From assembly GCA_029717555.1 (NCBI GenBank), contig JAMDHS010000025.1, positions 124,001-188,000 of the forward strand: 64,000 bases of DNA, written 5' to 3'. The stretch's first letter is position 1, and each line of letters opens with the position of its first letter. Below are positions 1 through 11,679 of the stretch, one piece after another. The stretch is from Peribolospora baueri (lineage: Eukaryota). The notes under the pieces are model-generated. The model saw nothing but the letters and a program-made list of their open reading frames with translations. It did no database searches and was not told the origin of the DNA. Made by a program: the position numbers and the translations under genes.

Positions 1-876
1 GCTGTTGCCATAGTCCCCTCGTCGTCACAGCGCCCCTTCTTGACCCTCATCGCTCGTCGTCGCACATAACCACTATCGGCCCTTGGAGTCGGGGCGAAGA
101 AACAAACGACGTGCCTTGACTAGCGCTAATCTCATCAGTTGAAGAACCTGCTACCCATCTGATGGGGCTGAATAGAACATCCCGAAGCGCGTATCGTCGT
201 TGGGCTCCTTCGCTGATCGGGCCACTCAGCAGAGGCGGACGCTCAGAAGCAGGGGTATCCATTCACCGGTAAGGCTCTGTCTGAAGCATCCTTCTCGGTA
301 TTTCCCCAACCCTTCTCCGCAATATATCAGCCGTCAAGTGATCCTCTCCAGTCGTCAAGGCGATCTGAAAAAAAAAGACGCAAAAGGGTCGCCTGCGATG
401 CTAACGGACAAAGAAGAGGAGCCCGCCGACCTCGAGCATACAGCGTCGGCATCCGCGGCAAGCTTCTGCCCTCCCCTCGGACGAGATGCAACTTGTTTGA
501 TGCCGGAGCGACGAAGGACAACAAGCAAGGTATGAAAGGAATCAGTATCTAGTCACCGCAAGCACTCTGCAAGGCCCAGCTCAGACTCGAGTTGAGAAAG
601 GTCGACGCCCAGGCGGCCCACCGACTGAAGAACCATCGTCCTCATGAGCACATGCGCGTGCAATGCATTTTGGTCACGTGCTCGCCAAGTGGCCCGACCA
701 CCAGCGCCTTTCACGCTCTTCCCCTCCCTCTCCTTCCGCCATCAGATTTCCCCCGCAAACCTCCACCCCCGCATGCCCTGTCTGTATCGCGGGGTACACG
801 TATACTAGGCCAGACAAGCAGAACGGCACGCAACGCTCAGCAACCCATCGCTTCTGGTCCGCCTGGATGCTTTGAG

Positions 877-991
877 GTGAGCTTCCCCGTCTGCGCGGTA
901 CTTTCGCCATCTCGCTTTTCCCCCCGCTGACCTCCTGAGTCGATCTTCCGCGGTCATCTCACCCCGCTACACCACTCTTCGACGTGCGCAG
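877..991 (+). other. probable 5'-UTR intron of the bHLH gene
   Basis: GAG|GTGAGC donor at 877, GCTGAC branch-like motif at 926, GCGCAG acceptor ending at 991, 12 nt before the ATG at 1004. Confidence 0.5.
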
Positions 992-1003
992 TCACGAGCT
1001 GTC

Positions 1004-3011
1004 ATGATGGAGCAACCTGAGACTCAGCCTCCCTTCCAGCCCACCTTGGGTCCTGGGCCTGCGGACACCTTCGACTTGGGAGACGCCCAGCAGCCTTCCA
1101 CTTCGTTTACGTCCTCCTCGCCAATGTCGTCTGACGTTCCGACTGAAGCTGCCGGCAACCCGCTCTTCACGCCGCTAGAGTCACAGTACATGGCCGAATC
1201 GATGCGCAACATGGACGTCTTCGACCCGTTTTCTGCCTCAGCAGCAGCAGAAGCAGCAGCAGCAGCAGGAGGCTCTGCGAGCTCCGGACAGACGTTCCAG
1301 GGCCCGCCGGCCATGTATCCGCCGACCTCTGGGCCTAACCCCTTCGGCATGTCGACGAAGGACGGCTCTCTAAATGTGGACGAATTGCCCCTTTACCCTC
1401 CTGCCGCCTCAACCAGCCTGCCCTTGCGTTCATTCGCCCAGCCGGGCATGCCCCGCGAGGGCTACAGCGAGCAGCACGTTGCGGCCAGCTCGAGGCTAAG
1501 CCTTTTGACTGCCTTCGCACCCAACAGCGATGTTGCTATGAGGATAGACAGGGAGGTGCGCGAAGAGCAAGAACGGTATAAGTGGGATCGCCGGGGACAG
1601 GCGGGAGGAAGGAACAGCTTCAGTGGTTTCGTGCACGGAGGAGGCGCGCATATCCTCGAGGGCGGACTGGGCTATGGCGTCCCGCACCCCAGAGCACAAA
1701 GCTTCTCTAGCGGTAGCGGACCCGGAAGCTCCTCTTTCACCTCTTCTCTTTCTTCCGCAATAAACGCTCCCGACACGCGAGAACGTCCGTCCAGCGCCTC
1801 CTCTTCTTCCCGCTCCGGATCGCTGAATGGTCGGTTAGGCGACTCCCTCATTGCCCTCGGCCTCAGCTTTCCTTCGTCTCATACCTTCCCCGCTGCGCCT
1901 CGCGCCCAAGGGATGGTCGTCGAATCCCCTTCGGCGCCATCTGCGACGACGACCGCCACTTTCTCTACCAGCCTTCCTCACACATATCGCGGCTCGAGCA
2001 GGACTTCTTGGGCGTTGCCCACGAATCCGTCGCCAGAAGGCTCAGATGGCCTGTCCGCCACACGCGTTGAATCTTCTCAGCGTCCTTCCGGAAAGCGACG
2101 ACGAGGTTCAAAATTGACGTCTGGCTCCGGAGACGTGACGATGGAGGAGGCCGTGACGACACCGTCGTCCGCACCGAAGGAAGATGCGCAAAGCCAAGGC
2201 CGGTCTCTTACGTTAGGCGAACGGTCCGAGACTGGAGTGGCTTCTGCGCCGGACGCCACAACGTCTTCCAGAGGGAGGGCAGCATCCACTGCAGCAACGG
2301 CAGCAACAAAAGTGACGGTTTCGACTTTGAACGCCAACGCCGCCCATAACTCTCTATCGCGCTCGCCAGGGCGCCCTGCCTCCTCCGAGGCGACGGATGC
2401 GACGTCCACACCCACCTCGAACGCCACCAAAGGGTCCAAACAACCGCACGTTCTGCTCACCGAAGCGGAGAAGCGAGCGAACCACATCGCGTCGGAGCAG
2501 AAGCGACGAGCCAACATCCGGAGAGGCTACGAAGGGCTGTGCGACATCGTGCCGCCGTTGAGGGAGGCACTGGAGAGAGAGGCGGAGAAGGAGAGGATGA
2601 GGGCTTTGGAGGAGGTCGAGGAGGAACAGGGAGGTGGGGAGGATGAAGGAAGCGGAGCGGGGGAGGAAGGGGCGAAGAAGAGGAAGAGGGGGAAGAGGAG
2701 GAAGGAGGACGCTGGGTGCGAGATCGGAGGGGAGAAGATCGATGGTAGGGCGGGCCCTAGGAGCGAGTTTATCGTATTGACAAAATGTGAGTGGGACCGG
2801 TGTTTCTATTTCTCTTTCCCGTCGTCTCCCTCCTGCGGAAGACCTGTGCTCATACGACACCTAATTTCTCCTCAATTCTGTGACCTTCCCAGCCGTCGAG
2901 TACCTCCGCGAACAGCTGCATTACCACAAAGCGCTGCTACGGCAGATTGAAGAGGTCAAGGCTCTGCAGGGAGGAGGTGGCAGTATCAACGGGATCGTCT
3001 TGACTTCGTAG
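1004..3011 (+). CDS. bHLH(-zip) transcription factor, Mlx/Ino4-like; 2 coding exons (1004-2786, 2893-3011)
   Basis: Basic helix 1 is EKRANHIASEQKRRANIRRGYEGLCDIVPPL. Splicing the GT(2787)-AG(2892) intron restores helix 2 (GPRSEFIVLTKSVEYLREQL) and a short coiled coil ending at TAG 3009-3011. Long S/P/A-rich N-terminus. Confidence 0.85.
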
Positions 3012-3374
3012 CCGAGGTATAGCGGGATCGCCGACGGAACGGTCTGCGCTTCGCGCATCCTGGTCATTGTTTCCTCCCTGTTGATCACATGTACACCCAC
3101 TTGCTTGCAATTCCCTTTTCCGCCTTTCGAGCTTCCTTCGCACCATGTTCCATTCTAGCCTGTAACAATAGCCGTGCCTTCGTAGTCAAGCGTGCCTCGT
3201 AGCTGTCAGTGGTCGTCCGATATTGGACGTGTGTTGTGGCCGTACGCGGCGATGAGCGACGCGAGCGAGTGATCGGTCCTCGGCGGAACCAACCGTCGCC
3301 TCTTGAGCTGACCACCACCACTCGCTCTAGTGCCACGTCCGTCAGTCCGTCATTGCGAGCGATTGACAGGCATA

Positions 3375-5828
3375 ATGTCGGACGATGAGGTGGGTGCTCG
3401 CTTTGTGAGGCAGTATGGTGCTCCAGTGGAGACGAGCTCTGAGGTCCTCACTTTGTTTGCCGCAGATTTACATGGATGATGATGAGGTGAGCCAAGCGAC
3501 TCCGTCTCAAGGGATGCCGTCCTCCCATGCTCAGAGAGATGCCATCGGCCTCGCTTTGCTCGCTACCGTTACCAGGATTATGGATTTGACTATGAAGATG
3601 AAGGGTCGGAGGAGGGAGATTCGGACTTGGAAAACAAGTACTACCATGCCAAAGGTCCGTGTCATGCTGCGCCGAAGGAAAAGGAACCGGCAAAGCGCGC
3701 GAACAGCCTCCCGTGCTATGCGCCGGCAACTGACTCTCCTTCTTACTCTACTTTGTGCGCCACCAGGATTGAAGGAGGACGGACCCGAAGTAGCTCTCAA
3801 GGCTTTTCAAGACGTCGTGGACTCTGAGCCTGAGAAGGGCGACTGGTGAGATTGGACGCCTTGGCTTTCGGCTTCCTACCCGTTCTTGCGCTTGTGATGG
3901 CCTGGTGGCTCCTCTGACATATGTCCGGCGTCCTCATATGCAGGGGTTTTAAGGCGCTCAAGCAAATGACCAAGATCAACTTTCATAAAGGCAACCATGC
4001 AGCCGCGCTCGGGACGTACAAGCAGCTGTTGACCTACACCAAGAGCTCTGTGACTCGCAAGTGGGTATCACTGGCGATTTCAAGTCTTGGTCTGGCTGTA
4101 CAGCTTACACCATGTCCGCCTCCCTCGCCCATTTAGCTATTCGGAGAAGTCGATCAACAACATTCTCGACTATGTCTCCAACTCGACGAACGTCGACATG
4201 CAGTTCATGGAGGAGTTCTACAGCGTCACCAAAGAGGCCCTCGAGGAGGCGCGCAATGAGCGTTTGAGCGTCAAGACAAACCTCAAGTTGGCGAAGCTGT
4301 GGTTGGACAGGAAGGAGTACGGGAGATTGAACAAGGCAAGTTGGTCGTTAAAGTCTTCGACCTGCCTTTCCTGGATCGGGAAGACTGAAGTGAACGGGGA
4401 CGATCTGCACCCTCATTCCACTTGCAGATCCTTCGCGACCTGCACGCGTATTGCCGAACAGAAGACGGTGAGGACGACCAGTCCAAGGGCACGATTTTGT
4501 TGGAGATTTTTGCTCTGGAGATCCAGATGTATGGAGAGATGAAGGATTACAAGCGGCTAAAGGTGAGACGCATCGGCCGTGCGTGGTTAGGGAGGAAGGC
4601 GAAGGGCAGGCGACAGACTCTTCTCGCCATGCATGCGGACAGGAAACGTACAACCAAACTCTCCAAGTGAAGAGCGCAATTCCGCACCCCAAGATCATGG
4701 GTGTCATTCGTGAATGCGGCGGCAAGATGCACATGGGAGAAAGTGAGCAGACGTCGAGCGCTCACGTCCTATCACCGCGCTGACATTCCTCCCTGCGCTC
4801 CCTCCGTTCTCCGCCTTTCAGAGGAATGGTCTAAGGCACAGGTCGACTTCTTCGAGTCATTCCGCAATTACGACGAAGCGGGCAGTCCTCAGCGGATACA
4901 GGTGCTCAAGTACCTCGTTCTGGCCAACATGCTCATGGCGAGCGATATCAACCCGTTCGACAGTCAAGAGACTAAGCCGTGAGTGGGAGGTTTCCCGCGC
5001 GCAGGCGTGATGTGCTCTTTGTGCACGGCGAGACGATGGGCGATCGTGCGAGAGCAATCGGACTGAACGGAATTCACCTGTGTCGTATTGACCTCGCACG
5101 CAGGTATAAAAACGATCCTGAGATTGCGGCCATGACTAGCCTGGTGCAAGCGTACCAGCGACGAGAAGTGCACGAAGCGGAACGCGTTTTGAGAGGTGCG
5201 CCCGTCCTTTTGTTCTTGCAGTGAAAATATGGTCGATTGGAACTGAGCGCTCCGGCTTTTTTTTTTTATTATCGAACGTGTGTCGATCAGAGAACCGGTC
5301 GACGATTATGGACGATCCTTTCATCCGAACGTACATTGACGACGTCTTGCGCACGCTTCGGACGCAATACCTGATAGATCTGATCAAACCTTACGAGCGC
5401 ATGGAGCTTAGCTTCTTGGCGAGGGTGCGTATTGCTGCTTTGTTCGTCGCGCGGTCCTTTGCTTATCGACCTTACTTTGGCCCCGAATTTTTTTGGCGTC
5501 TTCAGCATCTCAACGTCATGGTCGCCGAAGTAGAAGACCTGTTGATCTCGCTGATCCTGAACGGCCACGTGAAGGGCCGGATCGATCAGATCCACCAGCG
5601 TTTGGAGCTGGACAGAGGGTGCGTGACGAGGCGTCTCAAGGCGTCGCTATAGGTCAGGATGCGCAAAGTATAGACGACGAACAAGGCTAAATGGGGCCCT
5701 CCCTTTCCGCTCTCTCATCCCGATCGATTTTCTTTAGGCACTCGCTCAACTCTCGCCGCTACACGGCGCTGAGTCGTTGGACGTCGGCGATGGCGCAGCT
5801 GCAGAGCGTGGTCGTGCAAAAGGTGTGA
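3375..5828 (+). CDS. CSN2: COP9 signalosome subunit 2 (PCI domain), many exons
   Basis: Spliced peptides [154 protein letters not shown]. Last exon 5738-5828. Confidence 0.95.
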
Positions 5829-6813
5829 AGGGCGGAGAGTGGAGGGACGGGACGGTGACGATCGCATGCGTTTTGTTTTTGTTCCTTGCCCGTGTTCGTC
5901 GTCGTGTCCGATAGCGACCGACCGAGCGTTGGTCTCTGGCGCCTTGGCCGGTTGAGGGGTGGTGTATACTACGATACGAGCACGGCATGTCGGCAGCCGT
6001 CATCTGCTTTTTGGTAGAGAAGTGGACGATTCATGTGTCTGCCTGTGTTGTCGGGCTGGGGTAGGCGGTGTGAGGAGAGGGCTCGGGTTTGTCTCTCTTC
6101 TCTCTCCCTCTCTCGTTCGTTCTCTTGCTCTCCCGATGCGGTCTGGTCGATCCGTCCGTCGTATAGCTTAGCGGACGCAGCGACGTCAGCGGAAGAGTCG
6201 GACCGGCGAGTGATCGGGCCGCGGGCCGTCAGAGGAAGAAGCCAGAGTCGAAGGTCTCGGGTGGGTGGAGGTTCGTCTCGTCCATCGTCGTCCACGTCCG
6301 TCGTCCGTCGTCCATCGGTTATCATACCATCGCTCGGCGCTCAGTCGGCTCCGGAAAGACAAGGCAGCGAGGAAAGGGCAAGGCCGTTCGTCGTTCCATC
6401 AAACGCGCCCCAGATCCGCTCGCTTCTTTGCTTCACCACATCACCACATCACCACCACCAAAACCCACTCGCACGCAACCCGCCGAGGCGCGGTTCGTTG
6501 GACTCCTCGTTGAGACGGCGCGATTTTCACTTCAGTCGCTGACGCCGACGACGCGCACGCCGAGCCAAGCCAAGCCAAACCTGTCCACCTTGTCCTTCTC
6601 CTCCATCTCGCGAGCCAACAACGGCAAGAAGGGAAGAACAGCATACATATCATCTGATCTGATCTGATACCACCCTGGCCACCTCGCCTTCCCTTCGTCC
6701 ACCCTATACCTCGTTCGTCCACTCGCTTCCTTTCCTCCCTTCTCCACGTCCACTCCGGAGGCCCACTCTCCCAGGCACGCCGCCCCGGGCCACCACCACC
6801 GATCACGCCCACC

Positions 6814-8678
6814 ATGCCTCTCTCCGTCCGCCTCTCCAAGTCCAAGTCCGCCGGCTCCACTCCCGCCAGCCCGGCCCCTCCCTCTAGCCTCTCGAGCGTC
6901 TCCGGCGATGCCACCCCGGGGACGACCGACGCGACGTCACGCAGCCCCAGCTCGCCCTCCATGCCCCCCGGCCCGCGCCGCGTCATCTTCGAGGAGCCAG
7001 AGCAGCACTGTAAACCGCCTCCTCCGCCACAGCTGACGCCGCAACAGCGCTCGATGCTCAACTCCATGATCTCTCACTTCCAAGCCATAGACGACGACCC
7101 CGCCCACCCCGGCTTCCCCGTCTCTGGCATCCACCGTGCTGGGTCGGGAGAGAAGCGGAGGCTGACGGATTGGGAAAAGATGAGGCTCTTTAGCCGAGAG
7201 AGTATGCTCAGGTATTTGAGGGCGACTAAATGGAATCTGGACGAGGCGAAGAAGCGGCTCGTCTCGACGGTCGTTTGGAGGAGGGAGTATGGCGTGAGTG
7301 TGGGCCTTTTTTTTTTTTTTTTTGACGCCTGACCGAACGTGTTTCCGTATCTCCTACGCCGACCAGGTGGACGAGCGCAAGCCGGAAGACGTGGAAGTGG
7401 AAGGCGAGACGGGCAAGGAGACAGTGATCGGCTTTGACAACATGCGTCGGCCGCTGCACTACATGCATCCTCACTCGCAGGTGAGCGCGTCCGTCGTCGG
7501 AAACGTCTCAGCTTGGAGAGTCGAGTCGAGTGTGAACGCGTCTCCTTTTTATCTTCACAGAACACGGAGGAATCGCCGCGACAGATGCAGTTCGCCGTGT
7601 TCATCCTCGAACGGTGCATCGACATGCAGCCGCCTGGGGTGGAGCAGCTGGCTTTGCTGATCAACTTTGAGAACAAGGCCCGGAACCCGACTTCTATCGT
7701 GCGTTGACCGCGGGCGAGGCTGCCTTGCGGTTTTAATCTGACTTTTGTCCTTCTTCTCCTCGACGATGCAGAGCAACGCAAAGATGATGCTCTACGTGTT
7801 GCAGAACCACTACGTGGAGAGGCTCGGTGTCGCGCTCTGCATCCGCGTCCCATGGGTCTTCAAGGGTTTTTGGACCGTCATCAGCCCGGTGAGTGATGTC
7901 GCGGAGCTGGCTCGAACGCTGAGCTGGCGTCTCACTGCTTGGAATACGTTCCCACACAGTTCATCGACCCGGTCACCCGATCAAAGTGCCTCTTCGACGA
8001 CGACATCAAGGACGCTGTCCCGCCCAACCAGCTCGACAAGGAGTTGTGCGTTCGAGCGGTCGCAGCGCGCTTTCCTTTTTTTCGTTCGTCGACGCGGCCG
8101 AGCTGACGCACCGCACCGTCTCATCCTCGTCCTCCTTTATCCTTTCTCTGGCGCGATCGCTTCGATGTGACAGCGGCGGCGAATTAGACTTTGAATACGT
8201 TCACGCTGAGTACTGGCCGTCGCTCATCGACGCATGCGACCGGAGACGGGCGGCGATGCTGGAACGCTTCCTCTCGCCGAAGTGTGGGGCGCGCGTAGGC
8301 GCGTCGGAGTGGATCATTAAGGGCGGCGAGCCGGAGGACGAGCACGTCACTGCGCTGCGTTGCGACGTAGACGTGGACGACGTCGTCTCGGCGGACGCGA
8401 ACGGGAAGGAGGAAGGGTCGGAAGCGAGAGAGACGGAGACGGAGACCTCGTCGGCCGGCCGTGCGCCGTTGCTTACCGTACCCGGAGCGGGGGCGGGAGG
8501 AGCGGAGAGCACGAGCGCGAGCGAGCTGGAGAAGTTCGTCACGCCTGCAGAGACGCCGGGAGATTTGATGGGTTTGGTCGACGGCGTGATGTCGGAGCAG
8601 GCGAAGGGACAACCGACTCGGGCGGGCGTGGAGGAGGCCAAGATAGACGACGGGCGGTCGGGCGAAGCCCAGCCGTAG
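6814..8678 (+). CDS. CRAL-TRIO (Sec14 family, Pdr16/Pdr17-like) phosphatidylinositol transfer protein, spliced
   Basis: SRESMLRYLRATKWNLDEAKKRLVSTVVWRREYG, EGETGKETVIGFDNMRRPLHYM, LERCIDMQPPGVEQLALLINF, LQNHYVERLG, FIDPVTRSK, QLDKEFGGELDFEYVHAEYWP. Confidence 0.9.
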
Positions 8679-9155
8679 CAACCCGGCGTGATCGTCTTTC
8701 CTTACGGACACACACACTCTCCCGATCCCTCTCTTTTAGAAGCGTCCCGTCTTAGCCCCGACGGTACCTTGCCTGCACACTACACTACACATTTCCACAG
8801 AGCAGGCGAACTCGCTCGCAAAGTCGGTCCTCGGTCGTCGCTCCCATTCCATCGCCACCCGATCCCATGCCATGCGACCCATCTGCGCTCCGTTAGTTCC
8901 TTCTTTACGCTACGCTCGTTCCTTCCTTTATCCCGCACCTCTCTCCGCTTTTGTGGACGCACCCCCCCCCCCCCCACCTCAGTTTGGCTTCCGGTAGATT
9001 GTTTCCAGGACTTGGATTTGGATTTGGAAGGGAAAGGGTAAGGGAGTAGGAGAAAGGGAATGAATGTATGTTGGAGTGGAGACGGGCCGTGGTCGAGGCG
9101 GGCGAGCTAAGGCTACACCACACATACACAGAAAGGAAGGAGGAGTGACAGGCGA

Positions 9156-9602
9156 TCAGGGCGAGCTCGGTTCCGCGTCAGCGGGAGACTCGAAGAGGAC
9201 GGCAAAGTCGTCCCTCTTAAAGATGCGCGCCGCGTCGACGGCAGAAGGCGTACCGGCGTGCGGGTCCGCGCCAGCGTCAACGAGGGCCTTGACGACATCT
9301 CGAAAGCCCTTGAAGACGGCGCCTGCGAGGGGCGACTGTCCGCGATCGTTTACGCGGTTCGGATCAGCGCCGCGGTCGAGCAAGACCTCGACGGCGTGGA
9401 CGTGGCCGTGGTAAGCGGCGAGCATGAGCAGCGTGTCGCCGTTCTGGTTCGTTAGGTTGGCAGGCGCGCCGGCGGTGAGGTAGGTTGAGAGCGTGGAGGC
9501 ATCGCCTTGCCGGGCGAGGTCGTAGAGCTTTGTTGCGAGGTTGATTACCTCGTCTGGGATGGTGCGCGAGGCGGGCGGCACGGTTGCGGTTGTCGTGGGC
9601 AT
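9156..9602 (-). CDS. small intronless ankyrin-repeat protein (148 aa)
   Basis: Ankyrin consensus units NGDTLLMLAAYHGHVHAVEVLLDRGADPN and RGQSPLAGAVFKG..VVKALVDAGADP; GCCATG start context. Confidence 0.9.
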   Translation of the reverse strand: MPTTTATVPPASRTIPDEVINLATKLYDLARQGDASTLSTYLTAGAPANLTNQNGDTLLMLAAYHGHVHAVEVLLDRGADPNRVNDRGQSPLAGAVFKGFRDVVKALVDAGADPHAGTPSAVDAARIFKRDDFAVLFESPADAEPSSP

Positions 9603-9877
9603 GGCGAGCGCTTGGACGGGTGGTGAGGGGACTGACGAAGTCGGTCGTCGCTACTTGTGCGGGATCGGCTGCGGATCGCATGTTCCTGCTCCCCTCTCTC
9701 TATTCAGCCGCACTCGCAAGTGAGAAGACGACGCTGAATGGATCTTTCGTCGAAGGAGAGTCTCTGCTTTCGTCTCTCTCTCGTGTATGCTCTATGCTCG
9801 TCCCTCCCTCGTTTTCGTTCGCTTGCTCGCCTTGGGCCTGCCAGACCTGACTGACGCCAATTAAGCGGCTGGCGGCT

Positions 9878-11679
9878 GACGGCGACGGCGACGGCGACGG
9901 CGACGGTTCGTCTTGCTCATCAACGCCTCCCGGAGCGCCATCTTGCTCGGACGAGTGGTACACACACACACACACACAGAGGGAGCGACGAGACGAGCGA
10001 GCGCCGCGGACGCTGTGCCAACCCGGCCGGCTTCTCCGCTCTCCTCGTATCTTCCCTCCCGGGTGCGAGCGTTGATCGTGTCGGAAGCGGCGTGGAAGAA
10101 TGAGGGAGGATAGACAGACGTGAGTAGGATGGGCGGAGAGGAGGGAGAGCGTCGTGGGCGGAACAACACCACCCAGCGCCGCGGGCGACCTATCTACCGC
10201 GTCGCCCTCGACCGGCGCGACACGTCTGGCGCAGCGCCCTTGCTTGTTGGACGATGGACGGGACAGGAGGGAGAAGGAAGGAAGGAAGGAAGGAAGGAAG
10301 GAAGGCATCCATCCATCCTCTCGCTTCTAATCTCAGCGCAGCGTCCTCACGCGACACCATCCATCGATCGATCCCCAAGGAGGCGGTTCGGATGCAAGGC
10401 CGGACGGACGGCTGCTCACCTCGCTCGCTCGCTCATCAATCAATCAATCAATCAGAGCGAAACGAACGGGCCCAAGGAAACCGTTCCGAGAAGACGACGA
10501 CGACGGTGGCGCCGTTTGGGCGTCACCCGAAAAGACTCCACGTCCATGTTCCCTTCGCTCGACACTCCCTCCCTCCGTCCTTCTTTCTAGCCACCCGTGG
10601 CGTGCGTGCGTGCCTGACCAGACCAGAGCAGACCAGACCCCGAGGCGTCGAGGAAAAGGAGGCACGGGTGAACGGCGTCGAACTCGAACTCGCTTCAAGC
10701 GTCCTAAGAAAAGACAAAGACAGACGATGAGCGACGCGCCGCGACGACAGAGCAAACCACACCACACCGCCTACGCTATTCTAGCTCGTTCACCAAGCGA
10801 ACCACGCGACGGGGTCGGTTGGCGAAGAAGTAGGAACGAGGAGTAGCTAGGAACAGCAGTAGAGTAGCTAGGAACGAGGAACGGGCGAGGGAAACCAGAA
10901 AAGGAAGGACCCGTCGGTGCGTGCGCCCAGGTGCATTGCATCCTCGGGAAGGCCAAGGGGAGGAGCAGGACAGCGGGGCCGCCAGGTTTCTATGCGCAGA
11001 GCAGCGGGCGAGGCGGTGATGTGGTGTCGTCTGCGTGTACACGCATTGTGTGGGGTCTATGCGTATGCATGTACACGAGCTCGCATAGATACATACATAC
11101 ATACACACTGCGTGTAACTACGGCCTCCTTCTTTCTTCTTTCTTATCTGTTTGGCGCGGCCGCGGCGACCGTCGTCGTACAACTAAACTGTACACTGTAT
11201 GTACACTGTTCGCACTCACATAATCATAATAAAAATGAATGGTCATGCCGCAGTCGCAGTCGCACAAGACGAGAAATCGCCGCCTGCGTCCGGCGCCGTC
11301 GTCGCTTCCACCGTTCGCCCCTCTTCTGTCTGTCTGTCTGTCTGTCGTCGCCGCCGGCCCTTCCTTGCTTCCTTCCTTACTTCCACCTTTCCCCATATCC
11401 TTCTCTCCCCGCTCCACTCCATCCTCCGTATCCCTTCTCCGCGTCGTCCGAGTACAGCAGAGAGCGCAGCAAGCACGCCCGAGCCTTCACTTCATCTCCG
11501 CCTCCTCGCCCGCTCGCCGGCTTCCTGAGATGCGTCCCTCTTCCCCCCCCACCTCCTCCTGACGCTCTCTCTCCCCCTTTCCTTTTCATCTCCACTCCAC
11601 CCATCTCCATCTTCCTCTCCAACTCACCACCACGCTCGCCCGTTCTTTTCCTCTTTCTCTCTCTCTCTCTCTCTCTCTC
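9878..11679. repeat. microsatellite-rich intergenic/leader region: (GACGGC)n ~9878-9906, (CA)n ~9961-9978, (GGAA)n ~10275-10304, (ATCA)n ~10434-10454, (CTGT)n ~11326-11346, (CT)n ~11655-11679
   Basis: Simple tandem repeats read directly between the ankyrin gene and the Sec7 gene. Confidence 0.85.

Noticed and set aside
200..930. Short ORFs upstream of the bHLH gene
   Set aside because: No recognisable motifs, and several start at non-ATG codons; more likely promoter or leader sequence. An exon at 398-529 cannot be excluded.
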